Origin: Torpedo marmorata
Taxonomy: Eukaryota
Reading direction: 5' to 3'
Length of the DNA stretch: 64,000 nucleotides
Assembly: GCA_977017645.1 (NCBI GenBank)
Contig: OZ360251.1
Coordinates: 17,484,001-17,548,000, forward strand
A model generated the notes under the pieces. The model did not search any database. It saw nothing but the letters and a program-made list of their open reading frames with translations, and was not told the origin of the DNA. Below, piece by piece: positions 12,141 through 22,605 of the stretch (its first letter is position 1; the number at the start of each line of letters is the position of its first letter). The position numbers and the translations under genes were made by a program.

Positions 12141-13946
12141 CACCGGAGAAATAAATTTGATTAGAGGTATCGGAAGTGATACTGAGCCCCTCCCTTTGCA
12201 CAGAATTGTGTTAAAATCAGCCTTGGTTAATGGACCTATTACAATAGGAGTGAGGTTGAATTTGCCAGTGGAAGGAGTCTCACTGTTGCTAGGCAATGAC
12301 TTGGCGGAGGGGAAGGTTGTTCCTGCAGTGCGAATGACAGCCAAGCCAGTCATTGATGAGTCAGAGAGGGACTCTGATATTTACCCAGCTTGTGCTGTAA
12401 TAAGGGCAATGTCTAAAAAAAATGTCAATGCAGATAAAGCTGTGAAAAATGATTTAACGGAAAATAAAGTCTGTGATAATCAAAAACAACATTCAGGTGG
12501 AAATGACCTGGTAAAGGTTGAGCAATCTTCTTTATTAGACCCAAGCACTGATAGTAAACCTAAGGGTACAGATTTGTCGCTATCCAGACAGGAGTTGATA
12601 GCAAGGCAAAATGAGGATCCTTATCTTGCTGAGGTGAGAGATAAGGCTCTCTCTGATGAGGAGATTAAGAACATGCCAGTGGGTTATTATGTCAAAGGTG
12701 GAGTATTGATGAGGAAGTGGAGACCACATGATGTTCCTGCCAGTGAAGATTGGGCAGTAGTGCAGCAGGTTGTGATCCCTAAAGCCTATAGGAATAAAAT
12801 TATAACTTTGGCTCATAGCACATCCTTCGGTGGTCACCTTGGGGTGAAGAAAACTATGGATAAGACAATGAAACAATTTTATTGGCCTAGTTTAAGAAAG
12901 GATGTTGTAAGCTTTTGCCGGGCCTGTCCCACTTGTCAGGTGGTGGGTAAACCTAATCAGGGTCCCCCGGTGGCACCCTTACAACCTATCCCTGCTTTTG
13001 GTGAGCCTTTCTAGAAAGTTATTGTGGACTGTGTTGGCCCATTGCCTAAAACCAAAGCTGGGAATCAGTATTTGTTGACAATTATGTGTGCAGCCACAAG
13101 GTTTCCGGAGGCCATTCCTCTGAGAAACATTAAAGCAAAGGCAATTGTGAAGACTTTGTTAAAGATTTTCACCTTGGTTGGCCTGCCAAGAGAAATCCAG
13201 TCAGATCAAGGGAGTAATTTTATGTCAGGCTTATTCCAACAAGTGGTTTATGAATTGAGAATTAAGCAGATTGTATCTTCTGCATACCATCCAGAGAGTC
13301 AAGGGGCCTTGGAGAGGTTCCATTCGACCCTGAAAAACATGAGAACTTATTGTTTTGAGAATGAAAAGGATTGGGATGAAGGAGTTCATTTGCTTTTATT
13401 TGCAGTGAGGGAGTCTGTCCAAGAATCACTTGGTTTTAGTCCATTTGAGGTGGTTTTTGGACATAAGGTAGAGGTCCTTTAATGTTATTAAAACAACAGT
13501 GGGTTAATAATGATGTGCATTTAAATTTGTTGGATTATGTCTTTAAATTTAAGGATCGGTTGCATAAAGCTTGTGAAATGGCAAAGGAGAATTTAAAGGC
13601 CACTCAACAGAAGATGAAGGTTTGGTATGATCGCAAGCCAAAGATGAGAAATTTTAAACCTGGTGACAAAATGTTGGTTCTGTTTCCTACACATTCAAAT
13701 CCTCTTTGGGCTAGGTTTTCAGGACCATATGAAGTTAAGTCTAAAATTAATGAGGTCACTTATGTTATTGAAACACCTAATCACAGACAAGATACTCAGG
13801 TCTGTCATGTAAATATGATTAAGCCATATTTCGAGCAGGTGCCTCACAGTGAGACTAAACTTTCGCCAGAGGTGATGGTTATCAACCAGGATAATGAGGA
13901 GACAAATAAACAAGTTTCGGAGAAGGTAATGGGACACAAATATTGA
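12141..13946 (+). pseudogene. Protease C-terminal half plus integrase (HHCC, DDE, GPY/F)
   Basis: AHSTSFGGHLG...CRACPTC, DCVGPLP, SDQGSNF, HPESQGALER and FSGPYEV motifs in ORFs 12157-13014, 13024-13482 and 13482-13946. Confidence 0.92.
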
Positions 13947-14040
13947 TAAGCTCGAGGTTGGAAAATTCCATGGTTTTGCAGGATCTGGAAACAAAGTTGG
14001 CTCATCTCCAAACTTCAGAAAGGAAAATAAAAAGAGACAG

Positions 14041-15363
14041 TTGTTTTTAAAATTTGAGAATTTATTTCCAGATGTACCTCAGAGAATTTCCATAGCTTAT
14101 CATGATGTTGATGGTGGTGATGCTAGACCTATTAAACAGCATCTCTATAGGATGAATATGGAAAAGTGCAGACCAGTAGATCAAGAAATTGACTACACGT
14201 TGAAGAATGGTATCATTAGAAAGTCTACTTCAAATTGGAGTTCACCTTGTGTTTTAGTGCCTAAGCCAGATGGAACTGTTAGGTTTTACACTGACTTTAG
14301 GAAGGTAAATGCTGTGACAAAGACAGATGCTTATCCTATTCCTAGAGTGGATGATTGTATAGACAAGGTGGGGAAGGCAAAATTCTTACTAAAATTGACT
14401 TGTTGAAAGGTTACTGGTGTGTTCCTTTAACAGATAGGGGTAAAGCGATTTCTGCATTTGTTACACCTTCTGGGCTATATGAGTACAATGTCATGCCCTT
14501 TGGAATGAAGAATGCTCCGGGGACATTTCAAAGAATAATTCTGTAATTCAGGGGTTGAAGCACACAGATGCTTACATTGATGATTTAGTTATAAGTAGTG
14601 ACATGTGGGAAGAGCATGTCCTTGAGTTAGAATAATTGTTTAATCGACTTTCAAAAGCAAATCTCAAAGTGAGTTTGGTCATGCGACTGTTACTTATCTG
14701 GGTTATGTCGTAGGACAGGGGCAGTTGGCGCCAGTTGAGGCAAAGGTTTTGACTATCTCCGAGTTCCCTGTTCCAATTAGTAAGAAAACTCTTTGAAGGT
14801 TCCTGGGAATGATTGGCTACTATCGCAAGTTTTGTAAAAGCTTTGCAGATATTACACTCCCTCTAACAAAACTGCTTAAGAAGGGAGAAAAATTTGTCTG
14901 GTCGAAATGTTGCCAAGAAGCATTTGTAAAATTGAAGGCCATTTTATGCCACCAACCTGTGATTAAGTCACCTGACTTAGAGAAACCATTTTCTTCAGCC
15001 GTGGATGCCAGTGATGAAGCTGTGGGTGCGGTGCTGTTACAGAAGAAGAATGATGATGATATTGACTATCCTGTATCCTACTTCTCGAAGAGGATTAATG
15101 ATCATCAGAAGAATTATTCCACCATAGAGAAAGAATTGTTAGCTCTTGTGTTGGCTCTACAACATTTTGATGTTTACATTTGTGCAGCTCAAAAACCGCT
15201 TATGGTGTATACTGACCATAATCCATTGTTTTTTTTGTGTAAAATGAAGAATAAGAATAGACGTTTGTTAAATTGGAGTTTGATTTTACAAGAGTATGAT
15301 TTGATGATAATGCACATTAAGGGAAAGGATAATGTGATTGCTGATTGCCTTTCTAGATGCTAA
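14041..15363 (+). pseudogene. Reverse transcriptase and RNase H, frameshifted
   Basis: WSSPCVLVPKPDG, MPFGMKNAP, AYIDDL (~14570-14587), DASDEAVGAVL, YSTIEKELLA, TDHNPL and ADCLSR. Confidence 0.92.
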
Positions 15364-15413
15364 ACTTTGTAAATGAAATTAGTTACTGTTTGTGCTTGTA
15401 GATGAACATCGTG

Positions 15414-16309
15414 TGTTATGGACCATGACTGACCATTTGGACTGCGGACGGTCAGCAGGAAGGATGAAGTCTTTTGGAGTATACACTGGGGCCAGGTACT
15501 GAAAGAGTTAACTTCCCCAGCTACTTGGTGTACCCAGACAAGATACATTGTTGCACTCTTGGTGTACCCAGACAGAGAGAGACCAGAGAGAGAGAGACAG
15601 ACTGGACAAGATACATTTGTTTCACTTTTGCAAAAAGCAGGTGCAGATTTCTGCAGGAAAAGCAGACAGTTGTAAGTTGCAAAGGCTACAGAACACAGCC
15701 AAATCCAGGTTTGTGCATAGTCAGAGAAAAGACTGGCAGAATAGCACATGGCCTCCTGTCTCAGAGAAATTCTGAGTTAAAAAGCAACTTCTGTGGAGAA
15801 CATGCGTGAGATCAGCGAGACTAGCTGTGAGATTCAAGCATACGCCTAAATCAGTGGTATACTGATCTGAACAGACAATCCTTATGAACACCCAAGAAGG
15901 GGACGTCATCAGAGAAGAAAACAAGTATTTGTAAGCATAAACAGTCATTGTCTCTCTCCAACGTTCATTCAGAAGTACTTCTACCAGACACAGAGCTGAA
16001 GTTGAAGCCTGAACTTAGAGAGTGAATTTTGTAGACTGTATTATCCTTTTTTTTGACTGACTTGTTTTTTATGACCGACCTGGGGTTTTTGGGGAAAGTT
16101 TTTCCATTTTTACATAAGGGTTGGGCACAGACTGTAATGGTCTTGGCTTTACACACACACACCTTTTTAATAAGAATAGTGTTTATAGACGTTTATAGTG
16201 GGGTTAGTTGTTGTGAAATTATATGTTTAATTGTCTTTAATAAATAGTAATTTCAATTTTACCCCTTTTGCATTGCGTCTTCTGTCGTTGCTGGTTTGAA
16301 TTTGTAACA
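15414..16309 (+). mobile_element. Solo LTR B (896 bp)
   Basis: TGTTATG...TGTAACA termini; perfect 4-bp TSD CGTG at 15410-15413 and 16310-16313. Confidence 0.9.
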
Positions 16310-16392
16310 CGTGTTTTGCTTTATATTGTGACACCTTAATTAATTACTAAAATTTTGTTCTTACAGACCAAAATTTTCTTGTGGGTGGGAGG

Positions 16393-16983
16393 TGTTATGG
16401 ACCATGGACTGTCATCATAAAGGATGGAATTCTGCTGAGAACTCTGTGTGACTTGTGACATCGTGAGACAATGGAACAGAATTTGGAGCGGCAGAACGGC
16501 AGTTGGAGCAGCAGAGGACAGCTGGAGAGCTGTGTGAAATGCACATGCCTCATAAGTGAGGAAGGGTTAAAAAAAACACACACTTTGAGAACCAAGGGAA
16601 GTCACCTGAGGAAGGCTGAAAAAGGATTCGTGAGCTTACTGCAACGCAACATCAGTCATTTCTCTCCCCAACGTTCAATACGACGTCCTCTGTTATCAGT
16701 TAAAGAACTGATCTTGGACATTGAATTTTGTGGACTGTGTTTTTGGACTGACTGACCTGGGGTTTTGGGGATTTTTCCTTTTTGAATATTGGGCACAGAA
16801 TGTAATGGTCTGGGTATTTTATTTTTTACATACACAGTTTATATATATCCGTATATTTGCCATAGATACTTATAAGGGGTTAATTGTGTTGAGACATTAT
16901 ATTATTAAAAGTCATTAATATAGAGTTAAAAAATTAACCCTTTTGAATTGCGTCTTCTGTTGATGCTGGTTTGAGATGTAACA
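16393..16983 (+). repeat. 3' LTR of the Gmr1-like element
   Basis: Preceded by the purine tract GTGGGTGGGAGG; TG...CA termini; 3' part matches 1-208. Confidence 0.88.
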
Positions 16984-17055
16984 GGCTCCTTCGGGCATTC
17001 AGAGTGTGCAGTTTCAAGGGATACCTACCATCTTCTCAAAGCAATGAGGGGTAAG

Positions 17056-17302
17056 GGTGGCACGGCTAGTGTAGCGGTTAGCGCAACACTATAACGTGCC
17101 AGTGACCTGGGTTCCAATCCGGCGCTGTCTGTAAGGAGTTTGTACGTTCTCCCCGTGTCTGCGTGGGTTTCCTCCGGGTGTTCCGATTTCCTCCCACCCT
17201 TCAAAACGTACGGGGGTTGTAGCTCAATTGGTATATGTGGACAGCACGGCTAGTGGGCCGGAAGGGCCTGTTACCGTGCTGTATCTTCAAATTAAAATTA
17301 AA
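17056..17302 (+). mobile_element. tRNA-derived V-SINE (HE1-like)
   Basis: tRNA-like head, V-domain GTTCTCCCCGTGTCTGCGTGGGTTTCCTCCGGGTG, CR1-like tail GGGCCGGAAGGGCCTGTT. Confidence 0.85.
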
Positions 17303-17445
17303 TAAGCAATAACACAGGTCTTGCCGTCAAAGTCCACAACCTGCGTACGAATTTACAGATTGTTTATTCGTCAGAGGGGAGAGCAACTGAAAAGAGCAAG
17401 GTGAAAGCTTAAAAATAAAGTGCAGGTTGCAAGTTTAGGAAAGAT

Positions 17446-17451
17446 TTTATT
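17446..17451 (-). terminator. Candidate poly(A) signal AATAAA of the SIPA1L3-like gene (alternative at 17363-17368)
   Basis: Minus-strand AATAAA at the end of an AT-rich, TE-free, UTR-like block (17450-17900). No transcript evidence. Confidence 0.5.
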
Positions 17452-18257
17452 CAATTTACCAGATACATGCAAAAAGAACAAAGTAAAAGATGATTTAATC
17501 AGCAAAAAAAAGCAGAATCAAAACAATTACAAATTAAATACAAATCTCATTTGAAAGCATAATGTCTGTATAAAATATGAAAACAGATAAATTACACACT
17601 ATTCAATGAGAGAATATGTCCTGAAATCAATAAATCACATCAACAATTCTAGACAGAAATGTACATTGAAAAATGTGCGCAACAAAAACAATAAAATGTA
17701 AGACTTTGTTTCACTTATTTTGTACACAAATATTACAAAGAAAGCTGAAAGTCCAAGTAAACTTTCATTTTAAGACATTGATGGTTGCAGCTGTGACACT
17801 TGGAACATTTTCCGTTCAGCATGAAATTTAAGTTATCATATAAATGTCCGATAAAAACCTGCCCTTTTTTTGTGCCAGTTTATGTACGAAACCTCAATCG
17901 TGCATCAACTCACAAGCTGTCGGCATGCAGAGACTGAGGGGGCTGTATTATTGCTGCGGGAACAGTCAAGGGAGGACAGAGCTTTTTTTTTTGGTTCAAA
18001 ATGCAGAACAAGACTAATTGCAGTACCTGGTTTTTCCACTGCCCTTAACTAAGGGTACACGTACACTCGGGCACACCCTCGAGTATTTGCGTATGCACAC
18101 TCCCAAACACGCATACATCCGCGCGCACACAGAGGCGGGCATGCACGCATACTCACACAAAGTTATTCTCTCAGATGCTGAAGCTAATTTACGGTTGGTC
18201 CTGCAGGTATAGGCAGCGGTTCATACCTAACATTCAGGTTGAGTAGCAGATCTCAAT

Positions 18258-18459
18258 TGCCTGGAATGCTTTGCCAGGGGTGGTGGTGGAGGCTGAAATA
18301 TTAGGGGCATTTAGGAGACTCTTCGACAGGTACATGGATGAAAGGAAAATAGAGGGTTAGAGGTAGAGAGGGTTTGGTACTTTTTTTGGTAGGAATATAT
18401 GGGTCGGCACAACATCGAGGGCCGAAGGGCCTGTACTGTGCTGTATTGTTCTCTGTCCT
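18258..18459 (+). mobile_element. CR1 (HER1-like) LINE, 3' end
   Basis: TGGAATGC...GGTGGTGGAGGCTG...GGGCCGAAGGGCCTGTACTGTGCTGTA. Confidence 0.8.
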
Positions 18460-19245
18460 CAGTCACGCTGCAGATGGCAACTGCTCCCAGTGTGACTGGG
18501 GCATGGATGTTACATTGGTTTTCTCTCCCTCCCCCCACTTCTCTCCCCCCCCTTCAACCTTTCACGATCCAACCGAACACACAGCAAGCTTGCATTTCAA
18601 TCTTGGGGCTACAATGCTCCATGTATCAGCTTAATAGTTTGGGTCTCCCGTTCCACTGCCCAGCTCCCCCAAGACACCGTCACCTGCTTTCCTGCCACTC
18701 TTTAGAAACCCGCGACTACCAGGGTATTACGCACGCACTTCAACCGAGGAAGCGGCCGTTAAACATCCTGGTTGGAAAAGGGGAAACTGAACGTCGGCAA
18801 ACGGATGTATCCCAAATTCCTTTGTCACGTCCTTCAAAAGAATAAGCACATGAACACTGGTGCAGTGCAGAGCAGTTGTAGGCTTCACACAAGTGCCTAC
18901 TACATATGCACACACGCTAATTCTCACTGCTTTATTGCAAGGCTGACTAAACGAAACATGACAGTACTTAGAAATGTTTGTATTTGGGCCCAAAATGACT
19001 GCAAAGAACTTCAGCGGAATTAGGGAGGGGAAGATTGTACCAGTGACCATCTTCAATATCTCTGTAAGATATCACAGGGCTGGATCCTCCTGGAAAATGA
19101 CCAAAAGCCATCCAGTGTAAAGGGCTGGGTAAAGAGCGATGTCCTCTGTGACTTTCTGGAACATTCCAGTACCTCACTGCCTGTGGAGCCCTTGACTAGC
19201 ATTCAGTATGTTCACTTTATATAGTCCCCTGCTTTACAGTGATGG

Positions 19246-19480
19246 AGCCATGGAAACAGGCCCTTCAGCCCCTCACCTGTGCTATCCATCTACCCCCATC
19301 CGACAGTCACTCCATTTCTATTCTTTCCAGATACCCCCTCATCTCACCCCCTCTCATGTTCTACCACCCATCTACCACCAACCTAAACCTTTTTGTGAGG
19401 CGGGAGGAAACCGGAGCACCCGGAGGAAAGCCACACAGTCACAGGGAGCGCATGAAAATCCACACAGACAGCGCCCGAGG
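19246..19480 (-). mobile_element. V-SINE, diverged
   Basis: Reverse complement of the V-domain (GGGAGGAAACCGGAGCACCCGGAGGAAA) and CR1-like tail. Confidence 0.7.
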
Positions 19481-20446
19481 TCTCTGGAGCTCCACCCGCT
19501 GCACCACTCTCTCCCTGGTCCATTCAAATTTGGTCGGATCAGCAGAACCTCCACTGGTGGTGAACGAGAATCTCCAGTGTGCAAGGCAGGGGTTAAGTCC
19601 AGACCACGGGATGTCTCAGCCAACCGGCTTTGCAGTGCAGTGTGACAACTGCCCCCTTTCGGCTTCCTCCCGTTCAGCTCAGCGCGGCAGTGGCAGAGGT
19701 CAGTTCCCCGAGCAACGCCCTGCCACCTTCACCGGGGAACCAACAAGCCCCAGCGTCACCAGATTGACTTTCTCCGCCACCCAGAGGAACAAGGCCATCA
19801 GGGGCCAGGCTCCCCTCTGCACTTGGCAATGATAAGCTGCTCCATCATCGTCAGTGGGTCCAAACCTTGGACGTCCATGACTGCGGGAGCACCTCGACTG
19901 CAAGGCCATGGTTTACCACCCAGGGATGGGCAATAAATGCTGGTCTTCGTTGGAACAAAAGCAACAATTATGAGGAAAAGGAGTCCGTGAACAGGAAACT
20001 ACACTTTATGACTGTTCCCCTTTCATAAAGGCAGAGAACTGAACAAATTATTTAACAGTTTGACCAACTCGAGAAGTCTAAATCAATCTGCCAACATCAC
20101 TCCCACAATGCACCGCTGCACACAATTCCACCATATTCAGTAGTCACTGATCACCTCAACAATTCCAATCGCAAGTTTTAAGATTTCAAATAAAACAAAA
20201 ATTCTAAAACAATTTATACAAATATAGTGTACACAGAGAGCATATACATTTATCAGTTTAAATTTCCTGAGCCATCCCACATGGAACTTTTTCTAGAAAA
20301 TAATTTAGTCTGCATGAGAAAGTGCTTTTAATTACTTTGTATATTATCGTTAGACAAGGGTAGCCTTATTGTCTCAGTCTGAAATATTAAATCTTTTATA
20401 TCGGAAACAAAACCTTTTGATTAAAGTTTTCAAATAAAATTAAATA

Positions 20447-20902
20447 CTGTATACGCCGCATAACGTCCACGATACGTTCTGTGAAATTGGGCTTTATGCA
20501 ATGAGGACGTAGTGCAAACACCATATTATATACTGTGCTTAGCAAAGCTATATGGGATACTGTAGTGTACCTGTAAACTTTTTAATTTGTAAGTAGGGAT
20601 CAGTGTGGGGACCGACACGGGGCTGTGGGCAGAGAGCGGGGCAGTGGGATCAGTTTGGGGACTGATACAGGGCTGTGGGGAGAGAGCGGGGCAGTGGGAT
20701 CAGTGTGGGGACCGACACGGGGCTGTGGGGAGAGAGCGGAGCAGTGGGATCAGTGTGGGTATACAGTATAAAATTTCCTATAGCTAGCGATCTCTTTTTC
20801 TAAATTGATGCGGACTTGCTCGCGGTAACTGAATAATTATGGCACCACGAACGTATATGGGGTCGAACGTTGCCCGAACGGACGTTAAGCGGCGCATACC
20901 TG
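20447..20902. mobile_element. Tigger-like (Tigger3/Golem-like) MITE
   Basis: TA flanks; imperfect TIRs CTGTATACGCCGCATAACGTCC / GGACGTTAAGCGGCGCATACCTG. Confidence 0.7.
20597..20759. repeat. 50-bp minisatellite, ~3.3 copies
   Basis: Unit GGGATCAGTGTGGGGACCGACACGGGGCTGTGGG(G/C)AGAGAGCGGGGCAGT, repeated at 50-bp spacing. Confidence 0.9.
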
Positions 20903-21392
20903 TAGCTTACATCAACAGTGTGGGAGACGATACAAAGGATCGATATCACATCTGGACTCTAGGTAATGGTGGACTTGAATGATCTGCCTACACTGGAGTT
21001 TATGTGTCTCCCTGCCGCCACCGATCCATCGTCCAGCCTCTGAATCAAGGAGTCCACTGATACACTGATGGCCATCTCTCCAGCATCCAAAACACTGACG
21101 CGCTGACCACATCTCGTGGGTAGTGCTTGGGTGTCGAGCTCTCCGACTAGAGAAGGCATCACAAGAGATTGCACCGCAATGAGTTTCCAGGAGTCTCCCA
21201 AAGGGAAGAAGCTGGAGACATTGGAGCAGTGACGGGGAGTGGGGAACTCTGGCCGGGGGGGGGGGGCGGCTTCAGGGAGAGGCCGTCAGTCGTCACTCAG
21301 CACAGAAACCCCAGCCCGACACTCAAAACTGGAACGCTCTAGTCCGGATGGGTTCAGATTTGGTGCAGACACTGCTCTTCTCAAATATAGCA

Positions 21393-21597
21393 CAGTAAAA
21401 CCCCTGGTATCCGGCACCTATGGGGATTGGTAGATGCCGGATAAGTGAATTTTCCGGTTGCTTGTTGTGTGATTGGCGAACTGACAGCCAAATTTAAACT
21501 TCCGTATTTTTTTTACCTATTTATTTTCCTTGATTTTTTTTTGCCAGTTGCTTGAGGCTGCCGGTTGCTTGAATTCCAGGTAACAGGGGTTTTACTG
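21393..21597. mobile_element. Tc1/mariner (Tigger-like) MITE
   Basis: TIRs CAGTAAAACCCCTG / CAGGGGTTTTACTG; right flank TA, left flank CA. Confidence 0.78.
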
Positions 21598-22286
21598 TAT
21601 TTTTTAAAAAAACCCTGGACTTTGCAAGTTAATTTTTGAATATCAAAGATCATGAATTGAAACCTCCCGGTGTTGAGAGGTTTGGACAAGAAGAAAGAGA
21701 AGATTAAACTGAAACTTGTTGCTGACCATACCAATAGAAAGGTTTATGGCAAGAGTATAATTTTGGTTTGAGAGCAGCAGGGTGCATATGAGCCTGGGCT
21801 GGCTTTTACAAACCTGTTAAAGTTAAGACTGGTTAATAGTCAGTGGACAATAATTCCTGACCAAGTATTTTTTGTAAAAATGCAACTGATTTTTTTTTTT
21901 TGAACGAATCATCCTGACTGCTCCAGGGAGCAGCAGAGTGCTGGAAGGAGAGAGATTAATGGGCTCTCGTGGCTGTGCTGTCACAGCTTCTGGGAGGGAT
22001 TGAAAGCACTGGGGACGTTGAAACACTTGTACAGGCTGGTTTCGTGCTGGCACTGGATGCGGGGCAGAGACCACGCAGGGCTATGCAGGGCGTGCTCGAT
22101 GGCTGTCAGCAGGCAAGGGCAACCCGGCACTCGCTCTCCTCTGACGCAGGCCCAGAAACGAGCTCGCCTGGCTGGTGCTGACACAGCAGTGACGTTGCAG
22201 AATTTTCCAGGATGAGTTGTTGCTCCGTAATACGATAACAGCAAAAGTACAGTGAGTTCAGGTTCGTCATGGACAGCCGGCAGGGG

Positions 22287-22430
22287 TCACTTCTTCTCCA
22301 TCGTGCTGGAAAACATTGCAGCAAATTTGCGCAGCTGCTCTGTTGCCGACAGAGATTCCTCCTGGAGACGCTGGTTATTGACCCTCAGGTTTGCCACCTC
22401 TGCCTGCAGGACATTCTTATCTTCCTTCTC
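22287..22430 (-). CDS. SIPA1L3: SIPA1L3-like terminal coding exon (coiled coil and stop)
   Basis: AG acceptor; EKEDKNVLQAEVANLRVNNQRLQEESLSATEQLRKFAAMFSSTMEKK*, matching the SIPA1L3 C-terminus as I recall it. Confidence 0.92.
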   Translation of the reverse strand, partial: EKEDKNVLQAEVANLRVNNQRLQEESLSATEQLRKFAAMFSSTMEKK

Positions 22431-22461
22431 CTAGGGGTAGGAGGAGAGAGGGAGAGCGATG

Positions 22462-22605
22462 CATCAGATTTCTGAATGGACAATGAACCACAGACACTAC
22501 CTCACTTTCTCTTCTTTTGTACTAATTTGTTTATATTTTCACCTATAACACTGCTGCAAAAAAACAAATTTTGTGACATGTTCATGATAATAAAATCTGA
22601 TTCTG
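22462..22605 (+). mobile_element. Rex1/Babar 3'-end fragment
   Basis: Similar to the 3' ends at 47795-47963 and 59290-59468; ATTCTG tail. Confidence 0.7.

Larger units (their letters stand above)
1..16983 (+). mobile_element. Gmr1-like Ty3/Gypsy LTR retrotransposon (decayed, with nested insertions)
   Basis: Partial 5' LTR (1-208) resembles the end of the 3' LTR (16786-16983). PBS at 212; gag with CCHC knuckle; protease DTGAA; integrase; RT YIDD; RNase H; purine tract just before the 3' LTR. Confidence 0.93.
17430..22286 (-). other. SIPA1L3: Putative 3' UTR of the SIPA1L3-like gene
   Basis: Lies downstream of the stop codon at 22287 and ends at candidate poly(A) signals. Its length is inferred. 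Confidence 0.5.

Noticed and set aside
1782-16309. Reading LTR A and LTR B as the two LTRs of one nested element
   Set aside because: Each has its own 4-bp TSD, no PBS follows LTR A, and the host protease reads through LTR A.
17056-17130. tRNA genes at SINE heads
   Set aside because: A/B-box-like heads run directly into SINE bodies, and no complete cloverleaf is present.
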